Shown here piece after piece: positions 37,417-51,379 of a stretch of DNA of 64,000 bases (positions are counted from its first letter, which is position 1; every line of letters starts with the position of its first letter). Made by a program: the position numbers and the translations under genes. The stretch is from Lobosporangium transversale. Its lineage: Eukaryota. A model generated the notes under the pieces. The model was not told the origin of the DNA. It made no database searches and worked only from the letters and a program-made list of their open reading frames with translations. Location: positions 62,001 to 126,000 of the forward strand of contig NW_019029012.1 of NCBI RefSeq assembly GCF_002105155.1. Reading direction: 5' to 3'.

Positions 37417-38572
37417 GATGGTTGGGCAAACAGGATATGGATGCAGACGATGATAAAAAAAAGCAATGGGTTCAGGTAGAGAATAGAGAGGAGAAAGAGA
37501 GAGAAAGAGGATCAACATTGAAGAGCATAAAAGAAAAAGGAAGAGCTTATAATACTTTCCGTTCTTTGCTTGCATAATCAAATGTTACGGGAATCTCTTT
37601 CACCGCGGGATGCTGAGGTTCCCGTTAGAGTAATAACAACAGATAGATGCAAACTCAAGTCTAGAAAATAGCTCCGTTGTGAATTACACAAAACGATTTG
37701 GATGTTTGTTTTCCTCGCGTGAACTTTAATCAGCCCTAATATTTTTGCCAATAAACAAGTCCTTGAACAAAAAAGCTGTCCGTTGATGCAGGATGACGAG
37801 GAAAGCAAAATGCACAGAGTCACTTTGGAGTAGAGATCTTTTTGACAGGGACTGGATAGCTTTCGAATATACTGTACACAAAATTCAACCCTACCGGCCG
37901 CAAACTTCTAGGACCATTATACATGTACAGGGTGATAGAACGGTACACATGGAATTACCCCTATTATCTTACGAAATCTTCGCTTTTTTTTTTTTTTTTT
38001 TTTTTCTTTTCAAAAAAAGTCGTCCGTGCATTTTCAGAGCCTGCGTATTAGTTTTTGCTCCAAGACACATTATGCTGCAGAAAGGCCATTTTGTATGACC
38101 AACCCATAGTCCATGTAGCATCTTTTTATAAAAAAACGGCAATATCTGCTCAATGTTATTGATGATGTCTCTTTCTCATTGTTCTTCCTCAAGTCACGCT
38201 TGCCTGTTTCGCAAGTTTATAGAACAACGATGCATCGCATCTCCTAAATGGACCCTTGGGTGGTCCATATCCTTGATCCACTATGGGAAAAGAAAATTGG
38301 TAAGTATTAAAGAAACGTACGGTCAAGATTAATGTCGAGGAGTTCGCAGCTGTGCCAGGACAGTCGCCTGAAAGTCTTGTCTGATTTTGGCGTGTACTGT
38401 GTGAAAAGTAAGAGATTGAAGTTAGTGCTGCGGATCGTGTGTGGCGAAGACCCATTTTCTGTACCAAAGGGTCATACTCTTTGCAAAAAAATGTTGTACT
38501 AGAGGTTGAGAAAAAGGTTACACAGGAAAGGGTCGGTGGTACGGAAAATGGGCTTAAGACTTCCTTTACTCT

Positions 38573-39110
38573 AAATCACTCCTCTCTCACATTTGATCTC
38601 TACTTTTTCTTTGGATATCGGTTACAAACTTAAGGTACGCCTTAATATCCACAAACGTACACGTCAACATTGGACGTCTTTAGAAAGACTTACGAAAAGG
38701 ATGGCATCCGACGGTTCTACAAGGGCATGGCCCCGACTTTGACAAAAGTAAAGCCAATATCCATGATATTTGATCATTCAAATTAGACATCAAAGCTTTT
38801 TGACATGATGCTCACAGCAGTTTATTTCTTCTTCTTCTTTCACTTCTTTGATGTTGTGTACAGGCTACCCCTGTTGTTAGTATCATGCTGTTTATGAATA
38901 CAGTAAACGCGAACTTTGACCTCTAAATATATGTATACATCTTTGGACAAGGAGAACATTTATATTACAAACAATTAAAAAACTTTCAGCATTCTCAAGG
39001 AAAAGAATACAATCATAATCGACCTCTAGACTTTTTATCCTTCGCCATGGATGGGACACAAAAATACATCCTCCACTAGCCATTCCCTTATTTTTATTAC
39101 CTTTTAGTTT
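38573..39110 (+). pseudogene. Non-functional copy of the last two exons, intron and 3' flank of the SAL1-like gene (about 22279-22910)
   Basis: atccacaaacgtacacgtcaacattggacgtctttagaaagacttacgaaaaggatgg matches 22354 onward. The intron is retained, one acceptor AG is lost, and two CAA codons have become TAA. Confidence 0.92.
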
Positions 39111-39499
39111 TTTTGCAGACATATGTGAATTTAACCTTCCATGGGCTTCATCAGTGCAAATCGATTTAGAAATGTCTAGCAGATCTCAAGTCTCTATTCA
39201 AAACAATAACGGATTGCATTTATGAGGTTGAAATTGTTAAAGAAAAAATACTCACAATATCGGACATAGGAAGTATACTTTATCGTGTGACTAGAGCGGA
39301 CATGAGCTTTGCTCGGAAAGGTTTGTCCATGAATACTGCATAGCATAGTAATGATGTTAAATCCTCATGCTGTCTTTAACAAGAGATGTAAAAGGTCAGT
39401 CATTTATTTAATTCACATTCCTAAGGCCTTATTTCGACCCAACAACACTGAGCACCTCGAATAGTACCAAGACTGCTTGGTTATTCATCAGGACTCCTC

Positions 39500-41679
39500 T
39501 CACGTAATAAGGTTGAATTTCGTCTTGGTCTTGACTACCTCTAACAGCTTGAGAGCCCCTTCATCCTCAAACAAGTTGCCATCCAAGCACAAAGTGGTCA
39601 AAGTCGTGTTAACTTTGAGTGCTTCTGATAGTGCAAGAACCCCTTCATCCCCAATTGAGTTGCCTTCCAAGCCCAAAGTAGTTAAAGTCACATTAGCCTT
39701 GAGTGCCACTGACAGTGCAAGAGCTCCTTCATCCCCGATTGAGTTGCCATCCAAGTGCAATGCGCTTAATGTGTTATTGCTCTTGAGCATCTCTGACATT
39801 TCCTGGGCTCCTTCATCCCGAATTAAGTTATTTCCCAACTTCAGAGTGGTCAACTTTGTGTTGACCTTGAGCGCCTTTGACAGTGCAAGCGCTCCGTTAT
39901 CCCCAATCGAGTTGCCATCCAACTGCAAAGAAATTAAAGTCATATTGTTCTCGAGTGATTCTGACAACGTAACAGCTCCTTCATCCCCAATTAAATTACC
40001 TGTCAAGCTCATAGTGGTTAAAGTCTCGTTATCCTTGAGGGCCTCTAGCAGTTCATGGGCTCCTTCACCCCTAATTGGACTGTCCCTCAGGTCCAAAGTA
40101 GTCAAAGCCGTATTGATCTTGAGTGACTTTGCAAGTGCTTGAAGTTCACTAGGTCCAATCTCTCGCGAGTTCATCTCAATGGTTAACTTATGAAGGTACG
40201 GCAAGCCTTTGAGCTGCAGGTTGGAAGGCTTGTTGAGATCCGGAAATAGAACAATATGAATCGCCTTCATGTTGCTATGCTCTATGGTGCGAGTAAGTAT
40301 TGCATATAGTGTGGATGTTGGAAGTAGCTTCCTGCTGCTGCTTTCTTGAAACTGTCCAAGTTCAAGCCGAAGAATCGACACATTTGACTTCTTTAGCGCA
40401 CTCTCAAATGCTTCAAGATCAGTCTTGGCCCAATCCCAACTGAATGTGATATCCAGTTCATAAATACGGCTTGCCTTGGCCAAAGCGCCGAAGAATTCTT
40501 TAGCTCTTTTTTTTGATTTCAATGTGATGGTCGCTTTACCAGCCTGCGAGTCATATTTGCCGCCATTCATCTCCACTGCTTTTTCGAACGCTTTCTGTAT
40601 TTTTTTGTCATACGTCGGATGAAAATGATCGCAACAAACCCATTTGTAATGTTTGCCACCGTTTGTTTCGGTCGTGATCCTATACAGATCACCATTTCGT
40701 TTGTCTTCTTCGTGGATTCGGAGGAATGTACTCAGCTGTTGAAGATCTGCTCCTCTGAGTCCCTCATAGTCATCAATTGTGTTGATGTCGTCCAAGGCCG
40801 GATATTTCTTAGAGAGTGCCTCCATATAGTCGATTGAATGATCAATTGTAGCATTGACCGGAGTAAGCGAAGACGTTCCCAACTTGAGCCGCTGTAGAAG
40901 GATGAATATGTACATTCCATACTTGCGAAAGAATTCCGTGACATTTTGGACTTCATATCCTTCGTGTTTGGCAATATGAATTTGGTTCTGACCGCTCCCG
41001 CTTGCCTTTTCAGCGCGCTCCTCACCCTCACACAGGAAATGAAGACGGATCTTGTTCTTCAAGACATCCTTTTGGTCCCACTTGATGCGGTCGGCAGGCA
41101 AAATTATAAATAATTGAGGGATTGGACAGTCATGTAGCTCAAAGTCCTGACTAAGGATAGCTTTAGCACTCTTCTGAAGGTTGGCAAGACCTGGACTTTG
41201 CACATTGGCCTTTAATTGCAGTTTAAGCATCTCGTCGTCCCTCTCTTTGATCTTCACTTGCAGTCTAATTAGCTCCCATTGCAGTTTAGGTATCTCTTGG
41301 TCGCTCTCTTTGCCTTCCTTCAACAACTCTTTAAATTGCGCTTCTGTAATGATGTCCAGGACCTTGTTAGGATAGAAAGCAATACGTAGAGGCTCGATTC
41401 TAATTAAAAGCGTTAAATTGGGTTCTCTTGTTCTCCGAAAACAGCTGAATAAGCGTTATGATCAATAAAGTACCTGTTGCCATTATAGTCAACAAGAAAT
41501 GGGACGGGAAACCCATCCAACTTGAACCACAACACATCCGGAAACACATCTTGAACATCTTGCAAATCCACATAGTATGGTGAACTGCTGTTATTGCTTG
41601 CGGAAATAGAGGTAGTCCTAACACAAACTTTTTCAATGATGTCAACCATTCGGAATTCTTGAAATTGAAGGTCTGCCAT
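39500..41679 (-). CDS. LRR protein C, paralog with 7 LRRs (~701 aa)
   Basis: Exons 41679-41474 and 41399-39500 share the architecture and intron position of A and B. Confidence 0.9.
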
Positions 41680-41735
41680 TTTGATGTCAATTCTATGGAT
41701 GATGACAAGATGAAAAGGTTTGCTCATTTCTTTTT

Positions 41736-41769
<34 letters not shown>

Positions 41770-43226
41770 ATAGTTGGATGAGATTAGACCCTTGCACGAC
41801 TCTTCAGATGTCTTTTCTCTGACTCCTACAGCTCGGTAGGCTTTATAAGCTTGTAACGTATATTCGGTGAAGTGGTCCTGGTCGAATCATTGGCATTGAC
41901 CGCACTTTTATCCAAGGGTACTGTTCGTTTTCATCCTTTGGTTAAATATGCAGTAGCCTCTGTTGAGAATAAAATAGAACATCTGGAGTTATTGACGACT
42001 TGGAAACTGGGTTTCGACACTTTTTATCTTCTATCTCTGTGCTTGTCCTCTTGATCACCAACCTCATCGACAATACATACCACAGATCACCATCCATCTG
42101 TACAGATTACTTCTGTTTCTTTCTGTGCCTTAGTAGAGAAGTAGCAATCACTGTGGGATCGTATTCATATTTACTGACAACGCAAAAATGCGTCTGCTCT
42201 CTCCAGGGATAGTTTGCGTCTGGGTAGATGCTGCCAGATGGTTAGTGCATTACTTTATGCAAAGGTATCACGTTTGTCAACATTGCCACGTTCTCTTTTT
42301 TCTTCTGCCATATAATAACTGGCGTATTTCTTGTCTCATCCACCTGTTCTTACGACTATTTTACAGTCATTAATAACAACGAATCGTTCATTAACCTCTA
42401 ATAGTGAAGAGTGCTGTAGTTTAAACATATTTATTTCCATGTTATTCTTTTGTGACACCGAACGTTAGTCTATAAGCAGCGGTAGAACAACTTCTATGGT
42501 ATATATATGGAGGGACATTTCTCAGTTCTTTTGAATCTTCCTCTGTTCCCCATTCCTTCGATTTGCCCGTCCTAAAAAAATAGGCATACAGAATGGCGGG
42601 TAACAAAGAGGGGAATAACAAAAAGAGATCTTTCTAGAAATAAAACTATAAAAAAAAAAAAAAAAAAGAAAAAAAGAGCCACTTGTAAGGAATGCTAGAA
42701 AAGAAAGGGCAAAAGTAAAGTTTGGGGGGTGTAGGGGAAAGGAATTGTCTTGTACTTCACCGCATTCTTTCCCACGCGTCTTTATTCCGCGGTTACCCAC
42801 CCGAGAGAACAAAATATCAATAACATAGAAGGAACACCATGAACAAAAACATAATTAAACCTCGTAGTTTGGACAAAAGACAATCCATGAATAAAATTGA
42901 AACGCTTTTTTTCTTTCAAGGATGATTATGATTTTTTTATTTTTTATTTTCCTATGCTACATTCTCGAAGAGATACTTTCTATTTTTTTTCTTATTTTTT
43001 TTTCTGAATATATTTACAAGAGTCGAGTTGAAGAGAGGGATCGTGAAGAGAAAAAGTGTGGAATAGTATAATATATATATACATCTTTGGGTGCGCCTGC
43101 ACTAAAAGTTTTTTTTTTTTTTTTTTTTTTTGTGGTTGCTTTTTCCCTGCAGGTCCAGATTGGCGCGTGCACGGAACTAGTTCAACACTTGTAACTAATT
43201 CACATACATTAACGATTAGCGCGTAT

Positions 43227-43809
43227 TTATAGGAAGAACCCTTTCTTGGAAGGAACTGCATATTGTGGGGCAACAACGGTCGTTGTGGACTTGCGACGCA
43301 ATTGGAGATCATATGCTGGTGTGACTGCAGGTTGATCCAAAGTGAACAATGGTGGTGAGATACGACCGTGACCGGAAGTCTTGTTGTAGATATAGTTGCC
43401 CATAGGGGACGTTGGAGGCGAAGGATACATGTTATTAGATGCTGTTGTTGCAGGGGTCGAGTTGATGCCGATCAAGGAAGGAGAAGACAAAGGAGAATAT
43501 GAAGGGGAGGTGGAAGAAGTCATTGATTTCTTTTGACTTCCACGGGAGAAAGAAGGCATCTCTGTAGGATAACCACCAATGGAGCTGGATGCAAGGGCAT
43601 CAGCATTCTTGCAACGTTCAGAGCAGTAAAGACTTGACTATTTAGGACAAAGAAAAAATAAAAAATAGAATAATAATAAATATCAACGTCTTTATTTTTT
43701 TATAGTGTTGTAGAGAAAAACTACTTTATTTATTTTGAAGCAGAGAAAGCCTTACCTCCCATGCAAGTGGGATATGCTGTTCGCAAACAGGGCACCAGTT
43801 CAAATCCAT
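43227..43809 (-). CDS. ECL1/2/3-like zinc-binding protein (extender of chronological lifespan family), 2 exons, 154 aa
   Basis: Exons 43809-43756 and 43637-43227 give MDLNWCPVCEQHI...SLYCSERCKNAD, followed by a Ser/Pro-rich tail. Confidence 0.8.
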
Positions 43810-46800
43810 TGTTGATAGGTTTTTTTTTTATTTCAAGAGAGCTGTAGATCTGTGGATAGGAAAGAAAGCGGTGGTGACCTTTTTATATGTAAAGGATTAA
43901 AGGTGCCAGAAATGAATAAGGCTTTGGATGAATAGAAAGCAATAGAAAACAATAGAAAAGAGGCAGGGATCAGCTGATGGAGGTGGAGATCGCTCGAAGT
44001 CTCGAGAGTGAAAGGCAGAGAAGGGATAGGAGGGAATGGGGTTGATTGTAGTGGTATTGAAGAATCATATATGAATCTGCTTTATTGGAGAAAGATGGAT
44101 ATGAGATGGATAGGAAAGGGTGGGGAAGAGGAGCTATTTATATGAAGGAGAGGAGAGGAAGGTTGCGCAGACTGAGAGAGTAAGAGAGTAAGGATGAGAA
44201 ATGAGGCAAGCTGTGATAGAAAATGATGACACCACCGTGTCAACATGTTGAGTCGTATATAATATGAGTACATTCAGGAAATGCAGTCATCTGGATAGAT
44301 AGAAATCTATTCAACTGAATAACATGTATATAGATTAGTAAACAAAGAGCACAGTCGAATGAATATGTATACAATCAATTGAAAAATGACGAATCAGCAT
44401 GGAAAATGTATGCATGTATTTTATTTCAGTTTATTCCGCGGACTGGTTAGTCGTGAACTGGACTCAGCTCCTTTGTCGCCATTTTCCATTTTCAGTTGAC
44501 AACATGTTTGATCTTCGCTTCACTGATTCGCACAGGTTTTGACGAACCAAAGCAGGCAAAAGGGGGGTGGAACAGGAAAAAGTGATGACTCTTCTCGTCA
44601 ACCTATTTTTACAGCCCGCCCAAAGTCTTCGCACGCAACAGGCCATCAAAATTCAGCCATCGTGGGGTAATCAAGCCCTGTCAGTGCAACCGTGTGTTAG
44701 CGTATCTAACCAAAACTATCCATTATCTCTTTTTCTCCATTTCGCTCCGTGCGCGCGTGTTGCAGCTGCGCTACAGTTGTGGTGTCATTTTCCACAACGT
44801 GAACCTCATTGCTCATGTCTATTGCTTAGATAGTCCATGGCCCATTAGTGCTTTTTTTTTTTTTTTCCTTTCTTTTCTTTCCTTTTCTTTTTTAATGCAG
44901 ACACACAGCCTCTCTTTTCGCTCTGATACTTCTTTAGATTGAGTAAAAAAGGCGAGACATGATCGGCAGGCGGATGAAGTTCACAATCCTTATTATCGAA
45001 TCATAAACACCCCGTTCATCAGGGCTTATGCAAAAGGAACTAGCTGCAAGGCCTGCATCTCCCTCTTTTTCCTTTTCTTTCTTTATCTTTCTACTTCCTT
45101 TTACAACGAATAGCTACTACTGACGACATGTACTCTGTATAAACGAATGCAAGAATAACCTTATTCGCTCTTTCTATTCAATTCAGCTCCACACACATAT
45201 ACCAAACGTATCCAAGAGGGTTTTTCATCCAGTGTGTTTCTGTTCTACAATCTATGACCGAACAATGTTTTTCATGTTATGAATCTCAATTAATACTGAT
45301 TTCCGTATGACATGTATTCAGAAATGGTGACAATAATGATAATAATGACTATATGGCTGCCATGAACATAGTGCATGGTTCCCCAGCATCTTGCATAAAC
45401 ATTTTATAATTCACTGAGTAATAACTGAAACAGGGTCCTGAAGGTGTTGGCGCATACTGGCACTTTTTCAAACATTTATAAATTTTCAATAACAGCACTC
45501 TATAAACCAAACATTAGACTCCGGTCGCTTCCCAAAAAAGGTCTGATTATGTCTTCCGATCCGATTTTTCTTTTTTTTTTTTTTTTTTTTTTTTTTTGCA
45601 ATAAATGTACGCGGCCTGTATATAAGCGCGTCTTTTACCTCTTATATGACAACAAATCACCACATGAGAGAGGCAAATAGGATGGTGATATAGTAGTAAG
45701 TTATGGCAAATAACCATGGCTCTTAGTAATAGTTAATTGTCAAGTGTCAATTGTTGACATAATAAACATGGACATGTATATATAAATATTATATATAAAT
45801 ACATGAACATGTTCCACAATAAAAAATCAAAAGAGTTTTCTTTCTATTCATTTCTCTTCCATGTTCATGGTTCCGACATATATTTTTATTGTTTGCGCAG
45901 CGTAATTATGTCGTCATCTGCTGCAATGATTTATTCATCATAGAATCGGATGGACATTTTGTTGTTTTCAGGGACAGGGTACAGCGTATACAGGGACCGA
46001 TGACGACAATGACAACTTTGTTCATCGCGTGGAGGAAAAGAATCGAAATGGGTATAGTATAGACTAGCATGCTCTTCTAGGGACAATCAATCAAAGACGT
46101 CAGATCAACTGAGTCCCCATTTTACTTTTTTAAAGTTTTAAGGGATGCTGATGGTGACATATTGGTGCCTTTTTTCTTCTTTGTCACAGTTTGTTTTGAT
46201 TATTTGCGTAAAAGCCATAGGATTCAAGATGGATGTGTCGGTAGGAGCCAAGCTCATGTCTATCAAAATACAATATAGATATTGTGTAATGCACGTCTTA
46301 AGTATCGATACCGCTGTCCCTGATCAAAGGAAAAGAAGGAAAAAAGGCACTTGATCTTACTTTTGATGATGCTCCCACATCCACAAAGGTCCTTTCAAGT
46401 ATTCATTTATATGTGATAAATGGTAGATTGCATTGATCTATTGTTTTTAGTCCATCCAATCCATCAAAAAAAAAAAAAAAAAAAAAAAAGTATTTATATG
46501 GTTATATGGACAGTTACACCGACTAATCACTTGATTACAGTTAAAGTGTTCCTGAATATTTATTAATTTATCAGTGCAAAAAAAAAAAAAAAAAAAAAAA
46601 AAAGCTTATTGGCTCAATTGAAAGATACAGCGACTCTTTTCTCCACAGACATGAGATGAATGGTGACAAAACAACTGTTATGAAAGATACAAATACTGCA
46701 GCCACAACAATTAAGTACTTTTTTTTTTTTTAAAGGAATATAATGCACGGTAGTGAGTAACGACACATTTACTCACTAATTAGCAAACGTGTTTCCTGAA

Positions 46801-47119
46801 GACCCAATCCCATTCAATTCTAAGTAAAAAATACTGCTTACAAGACAGGAAGCAGGGAGCAGCAGAGCCAATCCATATTCTTTGTCAAGTACAAAAACGG
46901 ATCCCCTAATGGCAACACATTTGATGTCTTTTTGGTTAATGCCGTATAGATGTAACTGTTCATTGTTATATTCGGCACAAATGTTCTATATTATACCATC
47001 CACCATAAACAATAATAAAAGACCAAAGAGCGCCTATTCTTGCTATTTAGTATATGTAACATATTCGCTCAAATCGATGTAAGGGCACTCGCATGATCTT
47101 GAAAAAGAGATCACGGTCT

Positions 47120-47932
47120 TTATGCCTGTGGGATAACAACCATATCATCACGGTCAACACCAACACCAATCCACTCAACAGGAACACCGCAGATCTCCTC
47201 AATGCGACGAATGTACTTTTGAGCGTTCGCGGGGAGATCCTCAAATTGACGGCACTTGGAAATATCAGTTTTCCAGCCTGGAAAAGTCTCATAGATAACC
47301 TCGACATTCTCAAGGAGACTAAGATTGGCAGGGAATCCCTCCAAGAGCTTGCCGTCTACCTTGTAGGCAACACCAATCTTGATTTCATCCAATTGATCCA
47401 GGACATCCAGCTTGGAGATGCTCAATGAGGTGTAACCGTTGATAATAGTTGAGTAGTTCACAACGACCATATCCAACCATCCGCAGCGACGCTTACGACC
47501 AGTGGTGACACCAACCTCAAAGCCAACAGACTGAAGGTACTCTCCAATCTCATTCAACTGTTCAGTAGGGAATGGTCCTCCACCAACACGGGTTGTGTAG
47601 GCTTTGACAACTCCAATGGTCTTGCTGATCGTCTGAGGAGGGATTCCGAGACCAGTGCAGACACCTCCAATCGTGGTGTTGGATGAAGTGACATAAGGAT
47701 AAGTACCCCAGTCCAGATCAAGCATGAGAGCATTGGCTCCTTCAACAAGGACTTTCTTCTTATCCTTGATGGCCTTGTTCAAGTAGTAGACACTGTCAAT
47801 GACATAGGGCTTGAGTTTCTCAGCATAGGCCTTTTTTCATTAATTGGGGAAATGGCATGGTTAGATAAACAGATTTTGTGGGCTACACCATCATTCTACT
47901 ACTTATTACAGCTTTTAAAAAAGTCTACAGCG

Positions 47933-47963
<31 letters not shown>

Positions 47964-49241
47964 CTCGATCTACTTGCCTTGTATCTCGCCAATTCGGCCT
48001 CCACATCATACTCAAACTGGCCATAGCGCTTATGCTTGTTGGCAACAAGGGTACGGAATTTTTGCTCAAACTCCTCGAAATTGTACAAATGATGTATACG
48101 GAGACCAGAGCGCGAAGCTTTGGATGAATAGGTTGGGCCAATTCCCTTGCGGGTAGTTCCGATGCTGAATTTCCAAAGCCAGGAAAACAAAAAATTAAGA
48201 ATGGTTAAAAAAAAAAACATCAAGGTGAATCATTCATTTTTTAGTGGATGCAAGATTGACACTAAATCCATGAAAGTTGTATATAGTATGGTCTGCATAT
48301 ACTGAAGTAAAAAAAAAAAGAAAAAAAAAAAAAAAAAAAGATGACTCACCTTCCACGTCCCAATTCAAGTTCCTTGAGTCCATCAATGATCTGATGAATG
48401 TCGAAGACAAGGTGAGCTCTGTCAGAAACAAAGATACGTCCAGTGCAGTCCAAGCCTATAGACGGCGAGAGGGATGAAGGTAAACAAAAGATCGACCTGA
48501 TTTGTTAGTCATAGATTTGAGACTCCAGGAAAGGCAAAGCGATAAAATAAAATAAAGCGGAGAATAGATCGTTGCATTGTAATGTCAGAACTTTGACTTT
48601 GCCACAATAGTGTAGCAATAGCAATGGCAATAGCAATCTTACCCTTCTTCTCAAGGTTAGAAAGCTCCTCAAAGAACGAGGGAATATGGACGACAACACC
48701 GGCGCCGACAATGTTGGTGCAATTCTTGTTGATCAAGCCTATTTTTACAAAGATTGCCAATGTCAGAATGTCAGAATATCTTGATGTTTCGGATCGACAT
48801 ATCCATTGTTTATCCAGGGGAGCAATGATCAAATATACTCCATACCAGAAGGGAGCATGTGAAAGTCATACTTGGTCTTGCCAACGACAATGGTATGTCC
48901 AGCATTGTTGCCACCCTAAGAAAAAAAAGAAGACCATACCAATTGCTATAGGTCAGTTACTGCAAGCGTTCTAATTACTGTAAGTCAGAACTCATGATCA
49001 CAACAGATCCAGGTTACAAAGACCATGAATGAATATGTTCCTATCTTCCTGTCACTCTTAATTCAGACCATGAGGGAGAGGAGAAGTGGGAAAGAGAGAG
49101 CCTCACCTGGCAACGAGCACAGACATCAGCTTCTTGGGAGAGGATGTCAGAAAGTTTGCCCTTTCCTTCGTCACCCCACTGAGCACCAAGCACGACAGTT
49201 ACACCCTTGTTAGACATGCCAGCCAACTTTGCTGAAGACAT
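47120..49241 (-). CDS. ADE12: Adenylosuccinate synthetase, multi-exon
   Basis: Motifs are [78 protein letters not shown] and WIGVGVDR. Confidence 0.97.
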
Positions 49242-49443
49242 GATTAAAAGAAGCTTGGATAGAAAGGAGAAAAGAGGAAAAGGAAAACGATGAGAAAGAG
49301 AGAAGGAAAGAAAAAGGGAGTATGAATGTGAATATGGATGAGAATGAGAGTCTGTGAGAGTGGAATAAGATCAATCTAAATGGTTGAAATGAACAAAGGC
49401 AAGTTGTTACCAAACGGAATCAGTTGATCAGGCCATAGCCTGC

Positions 49444-49507
49444 TTTTATACCCAAAAAAAAAAAAAATTTTATCTATTCTCAATTGCAGAGTCTTTTTGC
49501 TGACTCA
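49444..49507. promoter_or_regulatory. Putative ADE12 TATA box (TATAAAA on - strand, 49444-49450) and TGACTCA site (49501-49507) in the divergent ADE12/RTR1 promoter
   Basis: Exact motif matches about 200-260 bp upstream of the ADE12 ATG. Function is not demonstrated. Confidence 0.4.
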
Positions 49508-49902
49508 ACAGAAAAAATGAATGTCAGTCACCGTCACCATTAGCATTGATTGTCCTGGCACCCGCCTTTGTTGTCTATCATGTACAGATATAGACATTTT
49601 ATTATTGTTTCATGTAGACCAATTCCAAGAAGCCTATGAGATTTGTATCCCCTGCAGTGAAGGTCAATGCATCGACGCCTTGCAAAGGTGAATACAACGG
49701 ACATAGCCCCTTGTTGGTATGCCTTTGAAGTCATGTGACTGTGACATTACTTCAAAAAAAAAAAAAGCATTGCAGCCAACACCTAACATTCTTACTCCAT
49801 TCCACTAACAAGAAAGGAGAACAGCAGCTGCTTCTGCAAGAAAAAAACAAAACGTGTTCTTGTTCGTGTTCGTGTGAGAAAAAGAGAGAAAAGGCATTCC
49901 TC

Positions 49903-50437
49903 ATGGCGAGAAGATCAGTCCCTACTATGAAGGATGACATTGTCGTTGACAGGTCGCCACTTGTGGAGCAATATTTACCAAAAATACAGAAGCAAGCTTC
50001 AACTTCAAAAACATCGGTCTCATCTTCGTCTTCTGCAAAAGTATCACCAGCTGAGAGTAATGAGCCCAAGTTGACGAAGAAACAAATCCTACTAAAGAAA
50101 AATATTGAGCTGCATAAAAGATACGAAAGCATGGTCTTGGACTGGACATTGACTCTGACAGATCCAGTGAGCGAGGCAACTCTTGGAGAGGCGGTAAGTG
50201 TTGATATTTCAGATAGAACAAGTCAATGGTATATGAATCCAGTGTTCCAGCATGCCAGTTAGCCAGGGATCTAACCCTTTACATGGATTTTGCTTGGTTG
50301 ATCCATTGTAGGCAAACAGGATCAAGCAATCGCATTACCAGGATATCATTGAGGAGCGTAACATCAATAAGCTGTGCGGATATCCACTCTGCTCTGAGCC
50401 ACCACGCGTATGTACATCTATGCCAACATGCGTTTCT

Positions 50438-50472
<35 letters not shown>

Positions 50473-51379
50473 TTGCTACATCCTTAAATTATTTCATTTT
50501 GTAAACGTGTACAGGATGTGAAAGGAAAATTCCGGATCTCATTGAATGAACGCAAAGTCTTTGATATCAGCATACTCAAGCAATTCTGTTCTTCAAGATG
50601 TCTATCGGCATCGCGCTGGTTCGAGTCTCAGCTGACAGAGGAGCCTCTATATCTCTTGGATGTTGATTCTGAACACCTGAAAGTCGCTAGAGTATCAATT
50701 GTCCCGCTTGGCATGGAGCTTGCGTACGTTTCATGTCCTATTCATCTTTTTGTTAACAGGATAAGAGAACTAATCCACGCCACGAGACAGGTCGTGTTAC
50801 TTACTTTCTGTTTTTATTCTCTCTCTTCTTATCCTCTCCCTCTTATTCTAATGTGCTTGCAGTGAGTTTCAAGCATTGAGGGCTCAGGGTGCAACAGCAG
50901 GCGAGACGAAGCCAACACCAGCTTTTACTATACCAGAACATACACTTGATGATTTACCACCTATGTCACCACAACCTTCATCGCCAACACCAGCGCCAGC
51001 AGGATCTTCGCTTGGAAATGAATATGTCCAATCCCTTCTAGCCTCTGTTCCAGAAACACCATCATATATCAAGATCATTGAGCGTGATACCACAGGAGAA
51101 ATCCCCAGCAATCCATTGGATACGAGCAATATGGATCAGGAAATGGAGGAAGTCTTTGGAGACAATAGTGTTGAACAGCAAAATCATGAGGCTGTCGATG
51201 GATATCGTGTTCCTGTGCACCGTAGCGCAAGTTCAAAACCGAACAAAGGATCTAATAACATTCACACGATTGAAAACAAAATGTCACGGATCACGCTTGC
51301 AGAAGGTGATTCAGCAATATCAAATGACACACCTATGCAGCGGTCAGCAAGTTCTACATCTATGGATACTCATGCATGA
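49903..51379 (+). CDS. RTR1: RNA polymerase II CTD phosphatase Rtr1/RPAP2-like, 4 exons
   Basis: The spliced product contains HYQDIIEERNINKLCGYPLC, KFRISLNERKVFDI...QFCSSRCLSASRWFESQL.EEPL, and a low-complexity C-terminus. Confidence 0.88.

Noticed and set aside
37520..38560. Possible homology to 57900-59250, which would show LRR plus channel co-duplication
   Set aside because: Only about 110 bp upstream of the two channel ATGs align convincingly. Beyond that there are only short word matches such as actgtacaca.
45760..45880. Imperfect AT-rich palindrome with catg-containing arms
   Set aside because: Low complexity, no TSD and no second copy, so it is compatible with chance.
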